From: a virus
Lineage: Duplodnaviria > Caudoviricetes
DNA: 31,903 nt
IMG/VR virus record: IMGVR_UViG_3300032218_000439
Location: 1-31,903 of that record
Reading direction: 5' to 3' (one strand)
The translations under genes were made by a program, and so were the position numbers. Positions within the stretch are counted from its first letter, which is position 1. Every line of letters starts with the position of its first letter. Below are positions 24,901 to 31,903 of this stretch, one piece after another. Under the pieces are notes generated by a model. It searched no databases, was not told where the DNA came from, and saw only the letters and a list, made by a program, of their open reading frames with translations.

Positions 24901-27063
24901 TTACTTGGGTAAAATTGTTTTTTGCGGGAATAATACGTAAAAATCATGTGAATCTAGTGGATCAGGTTGAGGGCTGGCGCTTGGTAATTTCTCCCAACTT
25001 GCCGGTGAGACGTAATTATTAAAATCAAACGTAGAACTCTTATCCACAGTGTAACGGTCAATTAAGAAATATATTTCATTAAGTTTGTGACCCCAATTAT
25101 TGTTTATATTGTTCTTAACTGTTTCAGCATATCCTGGCTTAGTATAACAAATTACCCAAGCTTGTTGAAATCCTAAAATGCTACCATTTGCTTGTTGACT
25201 TGACATCCATCTTGGTAATAGTTTACTATCGTAATTTTCTTCTAAAACACTTGCAATTTGTTTCCTCATGTTATCAAAACTTGCAGGGTATAAGGTGTTT
25301 ACTAAATTTGAACCCATACTAGCAAAATAATTTACTGACGCATTCATATCTGTTTCATAACTAGTATATAAATCTGTTCTGCTATCAATATTGTTACTGT
25401 TAGTAGTATCAATGCTTCTTGGTAGTGCGATTTCTTTTGATACGCTTACACCTGAAGGAGTAGCTAAGTTATCTATTACTTCACTATAGACAACTTCATA
25501 AAGTACATTTCCAAAATCATCTTTTGCTATAGCAGTTTTTAAATTGCCTAAGGTAATTTGTCTCCAATAATGATTTTTGTTAATAGCAGAAATATATTTT
25601 TCTATAGTGCTTGCTTTTATTCCATAAACTTGTACAAATTTAATTTCTTTTGCTTTACCAAAATAAATGTCATTTGGTCTGTACAAGTATTCAGTTGGTA
25701 TTAAGTTAGTGTCTGTTAATAAAGAATTAATTATTGCTCTGTCGGCAAAATTAGGTGTTGCTTTAAAATACATTGTTTCTGTGGGTACAGTATAATATTG
25801 TTTCATGATTAATGTAAATTCACGTGTATCTTTCAATAATGGATAGTTAGGACTAAATGCTTCTACTGTAAATTTAAAAGTTGTATTGCTACCAAATTTG
25901 CTTAACGTAGTATTAACTTCGTTTGCTACTTTTCCTGCTATCTCACCGGTTTCAAGTAACGTTAAATTTGGTGGTAGATTGCCAGAAATTAATTTATATT
26001 GCAACGAATGTGACGCAGTAGCATTTATTTTTAATTCACTGATAGTATTATTGTTTATGATTCCCAAATAATAATTTGTAACCCAATTAACTTTTGTACT
26101 GACGTTGTTTGTTACGTTGATAGAAAAAATATATATTTGACTAATGGCGGTTGGAAAGTTTTTCTTTTTCACACGCACAGAAAAATTATATCTATTGAAG
26201 CCTTCTCCGTTGATTACAATAGTACCGGTAACCCAGCCTGTAGTAGAATTTGCAGTCAACCCATAAGGTAAATTAATAAATTCATACACTATATCATCAT
26301 TTTCAAAATCGTATCCTATGATTTTAAATGTAAAATTACTTCCGCTTTTTATTGTAGGTATGTCGTTATATGGAATATAATATCCATAGTATGGATCGCT
26401 TGGTGGAATATTAAACGACAATGGTTTGTTATTTAAGATTTGTGGTTTTCTAGAATTAGCTGACTTGTTTAGTAAATTATTCAAAACAGTTATAGAAAAA
26501 CTTTGAATTGCTGTACCCAAATCATTTTCAAGTTTTACTGTAAAACTATAAGCTTGTTTGATAGGTATGCCAGTAGAAGTTTTTGGTGGTTTAGGGTAAC
26601 CTCTAATTAATCCTAAATTATTCATCTCTAGCCCAGGGGGCAAAGATCCGGAATATAATGTAACTTTAACTGAACTAAGTTCTACTGGTTTAGAATAAAG
26701 TAATTGATATTCTACCCAAGTGCTGTCTACAACAGTTAAAATATTTCCTGTAGTAGTAGTAAAACTAGGTTGTAATTCTCCTAATATTGTTAAAGAGAAT
26801 GTTCTGTCTGCAATTTTACCATATGAGTCAGTTGCACGTACTGTGAAAGTATTGGTTGTGTCGTTTGCTACAGTAGCAGGGTAACCATCAATAACACCGT
26901 TTTCAGTTAAACTTAATGGGGCAGGTAAACTACCATTTAATATACTATAAGTAACTGTTTTTGCTCCCACACTAGGGTTAGCAAGCAATACAATATGTAA
27001 TAATTTGGTAGGGGTATATGTGCCTAATGAACCTGCGGGAGTTACCCATGTTGGCTGTGCCAT
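24901..27063 (-). CDS. Structural protein with repeated Ig-like (putative Ig/cadherin-like) domains, possible baseplate component
   Basis: Four GSLP.GL...G.I.G...F.V units followed by a globular C-terminal region. Confidence 0.7.
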   Translation of the reverse strand: MAQPTWVTPAGSLGTYTPTKLLHIVLLANPSVGAKTVTYSILNGSLPAPLSLTENGVIDGYPATVANDTTNTFTVRATDSYGKIADRTFSLTILGELQPSFTTTTGNILTVVDSTWVEYQLLYSKPVELSSVKVTLYSGSLPPGLEMNNLGLIRGYPKPPKTSTGIPIKQAYSFTVKLENDLGTAIQSFSITVLNNLLNKSANSRKPQILNNKPLSFNIPPSDPYYGYYIPYNDIPTIKSGSNFTFKIIGYDFENDDIVYEFINLPYGLTANSTTGWVTGTIVINGEGFNRYNFSVRVKKKNFPTAISQIYIFSINVTNNVSTKVNWVTNYYLGIINNNTISELKINATASHSLQYKLISGNLPPNLTLLETGEIAGKVANEVNTTLSKFGSNTTFKFTVEAFSPNYPLLKDTREFTLIMKQYYTVPTETMYFKATPNFADRAIINSLLTDTNLIPTEYLYRPNDIYFGKAKEIKFVQVYGIKASTIEKYISAINKNHYWRQITLGNLKTAIAKDDFGNVLYEVVYSEVIDNLATPSGVSVSKEIALPRSIDTTNSNNIDSRTDLYTSYETDMNASVNYFASMGSNLVNTLYPASFDNMRKQIASVLEENYDSKLLPRWMSSQQANGSILGFQQAWVICYTKPGYAETVKNNINNNWGHKLNEIYFLIDRYTVDKSSTFDFNNYVSPASWEKLPSASPQPDPLDSHDFYVLFPQKTILPK

Positions 27064-27067
27064 TAAA

Positions 27068-27685
27068 TTATCCTAATAATTTTAGTGCTAACTCGTAATG
27101 ATGTTTTCTATCTTCAATTCCAATAGTACCACCGTTGATACGTTTTGTAAGACCCACAAAGTCATCATTATCACAAAATTTGTTTAAGTCATTGTTGTCC
27201 CAGAACCAACCAGCAGAACTAACTGCACCTTCTGGTGTCTCTAAATATGCAACTGTTTCTTCAACACTGATGCCTAAATCTTCTGCAAACTTTGTATAGT
27301 TAGCACGACCGGTCAATTGAATTAATCCACGACCACAGAATTTGTATCCATCACCACTTGCTTCATCACCGTTACTCATACGATTAGCATACACACGATT
27401 AGCAATCTTTTCCGGCTGACGTTCATATTGTTTTGCAATATCTTCACTTGAGAAATACTTTTTGAATGTACCCATTAATCCTTTAGCACTGTAGTTTAGA
27501 TTCTCTTTAACAAAATTAAATCCACCTGATTCATGTGCAGTTTGTGCTAAGAATGCGGCTGCTCGTTTGTGATTATCGTACATGTCATAATAGTCAGCAA
27601 CTTCATGCAATGCTGTAGCATATTTTTTCAATACAGTTTCTTTTGTTTTTGGACATAATGCTACTAAAATTTCTAATGTTATCAT
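27068..27685 (-). CDS. Glycoside hydrolase family 19 endolysin/lytic enzyme
   Basis: FLAQTAHESGGF, ENLNYSA, YANRMSN, GRGLIQLTGRANY, TKRINGG. Confidence 0.92.
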   Translation of the reverse strand: MITLEILVALCPKTKETVLKKYATALHEVADYYDMYDNHKRAAAFLAQTAHESGGFNFVKENLNYSAKGLMGTFKKYFSSEDIAKQYERQPEKIANRVYANRMSNGDEASGDGYKFCGRGLIQLTGRANYTKFAEDLGISVEETVAYLETPEGAVSSAGWFWDNNDLNKFCDNDDFVGLTKRINGGTIGIEDRKHHYELALKLLG

Positions 27686-27696
27686 AATCTTTCCTT

Positions 27697-29745
27697 TTAA
27701 AATCTTCCTACTGCAATTTCAATGACGCCCATTCCGCCATCAAAGTTTTCTAAACTCTTACCAATCACACTTCCTACTTTAGGTGATTCTTCTGCTTTTG
27801 CTACACCACCACCAGCTGATACTAACATATCGCCTTTGCGTACTTTACCAATTACTTTACACGGAACACGTCCTTGTAGTGCAACCATTGTAGGAAATTC
27901 ACATTTCATAGCAGAGTTTAATACATATGCAGGATCAGTTGAAACTACACCTGCAACCCTTGTTGACATAATTCTATATGACTCAATAACTTCTTGGTCA
28001 CCATCAAAATCAACAACAGTACCTGGTTCTATATATTTATTGGCAGCATATACTTCTGCTAAGTCAGCAAATGTAGCAGTTAATTTTGATCCTGGACTTA
28101 GTTGCCAATTACCAGTGATAGTACCTACAGCAACGTTAGACCCGGTTGTTAGCAACGGTGTTCTAATATACCCAGTGCCTACTACAGCACCACCTATTAA
28201 ATTTAATGGAGTTGTAATGTCAGCACTAGAGGTTAGTCCAGCAGTAGTAGTACTACCTGATACTATTAACGTACTTGACGACCTTAAACTACCTGCAGTT
28301 AAACCACCGGTTACACCTATTGTTCCATTAGTAGTTAAATTACCTACGCTAGCATTACCGGTAGCAGTCAAACTACCAGTACTAATGCCACTAAGGGCTA
28401 CAAAAGTATTTGCATTTAATGTACCGGTATCAGCATTGAATCCAAAATTGCTATTTGTAAATAATCTTACATTACCTGTAGCAACAGAAGTCATTGTTAA
28501 GAAATACGCACCTGAACTAGCACTAGCAGGTATGTTAGCTAGGTAACTTACGTTTGCACTTGAAACGTTACCTATAACATTTGCTCCTGATATATTAGTT
28601 AAGTTTGCACCACTACCATTAAAACCAGTAGCCACAACTTGTCCAGCATTAATATTTCCAGGAAGTGTTACATTACCGGATAAGGTAACATTTTTTGAAC
28701 GTAAGTTACCGTCTGAATTTATGTCTCCGGTTGTTACTAACGAATTAACAGTACTTACACCGCTAACTGTTAAACTAGTCAAAGTCCCTATACTAGTAAT
28801 GTTAGGTTGTGCACCGGTATAAACAGTTCCGGATACAAGTGCATTGCCTACTTGTCCGGATACATTAGCACCTGCTACTGCATTAGCAGTTGTTGCATAA
28901 CTTACTGCTCCTACTACACTTTGACCTAAAATATTTGTAAGCCCTGCACCATTACCAACTAAGTTACCCACGGCAACAACACCTGTAAGATTTATATTAC
29001 CGCACGTAATATCACCAGTAACTGTTAATCTAGATAAAGTCCCAAGGCTGGTAATATTTGGTTGAGCACTGGTGGTTAGTGTTCCTTGTAAATAATTTGC
29101 TGTTGCAAGATTTCCTAAGTTTGCATTATTAGTACTAACGTTTCCTAAAACAGTTAGAGTATTACCGTTGAAGGTAAGATTAGCACTAGCACCAACAACA
29201 GAATTGTTATTAAATAAAACTTGTGTATTACCCCCCACAGCCGATATTGTAGGAGATGAAATAGAATTTGCTGAAATACTATTAGCAGTTACTGATGGAG
29301 TAATAAGTCCGGATCCTACTGCACTTAATGTCAACCCTCTTAGTACACCCACGCTAGTAATATTTGGCTGAGCCGCAGTTGCTAATGTACCAGTTACACT
29401 AGATGCTGAAATACTTGTCATATTAATACTATCGGATAAACTAAGTGCAAAAATATTATTACTACTCGTAGCTATTGCTGAATTACCTGAAGGACTTCCA
29501 ATACCAACTTTTAAATTATTATCAGTTTGAATAGTTACTTTTGCAATATTTGAAGATACTGTTACTGCACCGGTTTGTGTGTTTACGCTTATGCCGTTAC
29601 CGGATTGTATACTACTGACACCAGTAGTATAAATTGTACCAAATAATTCTGTAAAATTGTTCTGTGCTTTTAAAAATGCAATTCTAACTGGATCAGCATC
29701 TGGATCATTTGGAAATGCGCCTAAATTAATATTTTCTTGTGCCAT
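27697..29745 (-). CDS. Baseplate-attached fibre/spike with C-terminal intramolecular chaperone (peptidase G2-like) domain
   Basis: N-terminus QENINLG..PND..D..R.AF.K...NFTELF resembles T4 gp9/gp10; AQPNITS repeats; C-terminal ADLAE...GVVST.PAY..N...ALQGRVPCKV.G...KGD...IGK. Confidence 0.78.
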   Translation of the reverse strand: MAQENINLGAFPNDPDADPVRIAFLKAQNNFTELFGTIYTTGVSSIQSGNGISVNTQTGAVTVSSNIAKVTIQTDNNLKVGIGSPSGNSAIATSSNNIFALSLSDSINMTSISASSVTGTLATAAQPNITSVGVLRGLTLSAVGSGLITPSVTANSISANSISSPTISAVGGNTQVLFNNNSVVGASANLTFNGNTLTVLGNVSTNNANLGNLATANYLQGTLTTSAQPNITSLGTLSRLTVTGDITCGNINLTGVVAVGNLVGNGAGLTNILGQSVVGAVSYATTANAVAGANVSGQVGNALVSGTVYTGAQPNITSIGTLTSLTVSGVSTVNSLVTTGDINSDGNLRSKNVTLSGNVTLPGNINAGQVVATGFNGSGANLTNISGANVIGNVSSANVSYLANIPASASSGAYFLTMTSVATGNVRLFTNSNFGFNADTGTLNANTFVALSGISTGSLTATGNASVGNLTTNGTIGVTGGLTAGSLRSSSTLIVSGSTTTAGLTSSADITTPLNLIGGAVVGTGYIRTPLLTTGSNVAVGTITGNWQLSPGSKLTATFADLAEVYAANKYIEPGTVVDFDGDQEVIESYRIMSTRVAGVVSTDPAYVLNSAMKCEFPTMVALQGRVPCKVIGKVRKGDMLVSAGGGVAKAEESPKVGSVIGKSLENFDGGMGVIEIAVGRF

Positions 29746-29762
29746 AATTATGCCCTATAGTG

Positions 29763-29769
29763 TATTTAT
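29763..29769 (-). promoter_or_regulatory. Late promoter (G)ATAAATA
   Basis: Lies between the terminator and the 682-aa gene, 17 nt before ATG. Confidence 0.75.
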
Positions 29770-29782
29770 CGTTTTTACAGCC

Positions 29783-29812
29783 AAAAAAATAGCCCGAGAA
29801 CATCGGGCTATT
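29783..29812 (-). terminator. Rho-independent terminator
   Basis: AATAGCCCGA-5 nt loop-TCGGGCTATT running into a U tract on the minus strand. Confidence 0.88.
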
Positions 29813-29827
29813 AAATGCGTGAATTAC

Positions 29828-31903
29828 TTAGATTCCGCTTAGTTTTCTAAAATCTGACAACAAATCTGTGCTGTCTTTCATTAATGTACCTTCTAGTGTA
29901 ACTTTTATTACAGGGACAGTAGATTGGTCATGCTTTTGACGATTCAAACCACCGCTTATAGTTTTCATCATATACTCTAAGTCTTGGTCTGCTGTATCGT
30001 CAGCACTGTTAGCATAGCTTTCATCTACTGGGTGCTCACATCCACATGATTCCATTGGGTAACCGCATTCGTTACATGAATCGTGACCTTCTTCAATACT
30101 GCTTGTATCAGTATATTCTTTGCCACCTATGCTGAATTTTTCACCGTGTGGTGTATCTTTTAACTTTTCAGTGAAATTATTACCTTCATCTACATCGTCA
30201 CCGCCAGTATCAAGTCTGCGAGGATCTCTTTTTGAAAATTCTGAAGAACTTTGTCCAGCTCCGGCATCGGATGTAGTTGGGGGTGGAGCAGTTGGAGTTG
30301 GAGTTGGATTTTTCTTTTTATCACCATATCCAGCCATGTCCGCAGCCTGGTTTACAGCACTACCAATACCGTTTAAGGCTACCAATCCAGCTCCTGTACT
30401 AATTAATGCTTTTTGGTGTGGAGTATAACCTGACCCTTTATTATGTGATACTACTTTACCTTCATCTACTTCTTCATCACAATCACATGGGCTTTCTCCG
30501 CATTCTTCACAATCACCTTCTTCATGGTCGTGACCTTCTTCCTCTTCATAGTCTTGAGAACCGTGTTCTCCGCTATTTTCAATGCCAGTCATCTTTTGAA
30601 TCAATGACATCATATCATCACCGCCTTCGTCACCCATTTCACTATGTGCTTGAGGACTACCAACTGCAATTAATTGTGCTTCTGGACCAGAATGTTCATC
30701 ATTTGACATTGGAAGACCGTAGTTGTTAACTTGTTGACCATGCTCTTGTTTAGCACCACCCATACCACCTAGACCTGCGTTACGCAATAGTTCAATGATT
30801 TCATGTGCATTACCTTCAGTAGCACTTACATTAACACTGTCATGACCTTGGTCATCAATTGTTGTGCTGATTGTAAGATTTTCATTAATCAATTCGTTTA
30901 ATGTACTTTTCCAAGTTTCAACTTGCATATCTTTCATATTTTTTCCTTCAAATGCTCTACGTGAGCTTGCTAAGTTTCTGATAAAGCTTCCTGCTTCTTT
31001 AACACCTTCAGGATCAGATACTGCAGGTTTAAATGTTTTAGAATTGTCCGGTACTAATGGTTTGTAATCATCTTTACCCCATCCTGGGCTTGCTGTACGT
31101 GCTGCCGGTGCAGGTGTATTTGGATTAACTACAGGAGGATTAACTGAACCGCGACCCGCACCTGCGCCTTCATCAACTGTACCCTGACCTAGATAATGAT
31201 GGAATGCTGTAACAACTTCACCTAAGAAATCTGGGTCATGGTTTAATTTGTAATGTGCAGACTTAGGTGTCATGCCCATTTGAATCATTTCGTGATATAC
31301 TGCATTAGCAAACTCATCAGAGTCAGAAGCCAATGTAGGATTCTCTTGTGCTAAAGTCTTACCAACTTTCTCGTAAGTATATTCGCTTTCTTCCATTACA
31401 CGTGCTTCAGAAACTTTCTTTTTCTTACGCAATGCTTCAAAGTCAGCCTTTGTTAGTTTACCTTTTGGTTCTGCAACATCTAAGTTGTCTTGCTTGCCCG
31501 GTAAATCTTTTGTCTCTTTAACTTTCTTAGCAAGTGGATTCTTTTTCTTGAAGGACGGATAAGGTGCTGTCTGCGTGAATGCATTGGAGGTTTTAGCTGG
31601 CTCTTTCTTGTCGCCAATGGCTTTTTTCATTGGCTCTTCTTTGTCACCATCAATTTCTGATTCATTAATCATGTTATCGGAAACAACTTCCATCCAATCT
31701 TTTAGGCTATGCTTAACAGACTTCTTACCTACTTCACCTTTTGCTTTGCTACCCAACATGCCTTGTAAGCCTGATGTGTCAAACTTAGTATCATTACCGT
31801 GTTCGTCTTTATCACCTTTTGTTGGGCGACCACGACCACGCTTTGGTGCATCTTTTTTAGCTTCAGAGCCTTTATCAACTTTGCCAATCTTATGTCCATA
31901 TTG
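29828..31903 (-). CDS. Large acidic head-internal/prohead core-type protein, partial (begins beyond right edge)
   Basis: The frame stays open for 48 more codons upstream of the track's Met at 31759 (QYGHKIG...KRGRGRP...GLQG); many hydrophobic-x-E|G/S/A sites, two Cys clusters, ends FRKLSGI. Confidence 0.7.
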   Translation of the reverse strand, partial: QYGHKIGKVDKGSEAKKDAPKRGRGRPTKGDKDEHGNDTKFDTSGLQGMLGSKAKGEVGKKSVKHSLKDWMEVVSDNMINESEIDGDKEEPMKKAIGDKKEPAKTSNAFTQTAPYPSFKKKNPLAKKVKETKDLPGKQDNLDVAEPKGKLTKADFEALRKKKKVSEARVMEESEYTYEKVGKTLAQENPTLASDSDEFANAVYHEMIQMGMTPKSAHYKLNHDPDFLGEVVTAFHHYLGQGTVDEGAGAGRGSVNPPVVNPNTPAPAARTASPGWGKDDYKPLVPDNSKTFKPAVSDPEGVKEAGSFIRNLASSRRAFEGKNMKDMQVETWKSTLNELINENLTISTTIDDQGHDSVNVSATEGNAHEIIELLRNAGLGGMGGAKQEHGQQVNNYGLPMSNDEHSGPEAQLIAVGSPQAHSEMGDEGGDDMMSLIQKMTGIENSGEHGSQDYEEEEGHDHEEGDCEECGESPCDCDEEVDEGKVVSHNKGSGYTPHQKALISTGAGLVALNGIGSAVNQAADMAGYGDKKKNPTPTPTAPPPTTSDAGAGQSSSEFSKRDPRRLDTGGDDVDEGNNFTEKLKDTPHGEKFSIGGKEYTDTSSIEEGHDSCNECGYPMESCGCEHPVDESYANSADDTADQDLEYMMKTISGGLNRQKHDQSTVPVIKVTLEGTLMKDSTDLLSDFRKLSGI

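Noticed and set aside
424-31067. Numerous plus-strand ORFs in the track other than phoH (e.g. 27722-28546, 13805-14383, 11120-11689, 23173-23640)
   Set aside because: They lie antisense to well-supported minus-strand genes, lack SDs or recognisable motifs, and are expected shadows of biased codon usage.
1-31903. Stop-codon reassignment
   Set aside because: Genes are full length and tightly packed under the standard code; the stops I checked are TAA or TGA in coupled overlaps, and no gene needs read-through.

Overview
AT-rich, gene-dense segment of a large T4-like (myovirus/jumbo-type) phage genome. Nearly all genes lie on the minus strand; phoH is the exception. Reading along the minus strand from right to left: a large head/core-type polyprotein running off the right edge; a baseplate/fibre protein; a GH19 endolysin; an Ig-repeat structural protein; a fragment of DNA polymerase III alpha; GroES; a clamp loader; PhoH; a holin; DnaJ-ClpA; a translationally coupled late operon of probable head-packaged enzymes; a glycosyltransferase; a second Pol-beta NTase; and two repeat-rich tail fibres, the last running off the left edge. 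The late operon encodes a Pol-beta NTase, a ligase-like KxDG protein and a HIGH-type NTase carrying GNAT and ParB modules. The most striking signal is in the 587-aa gene, where the GNAT and ParB domains are each bounded by an identical in-frame 16-bp DNA repeat (CAAGGTGTGGCGGAAG = QGVAE) that also encodes a prohead-protease-type cleavage site. This suggests an exchangeable cassette system for loading effectors into the virion. Also seen: several apparently leaderless genes behind both sigma70 and TAAATA late promoters, and an SD-sequestering hairpin with the late promoter at its apex. All family calls come from motif recognition by eye; no searches were run.
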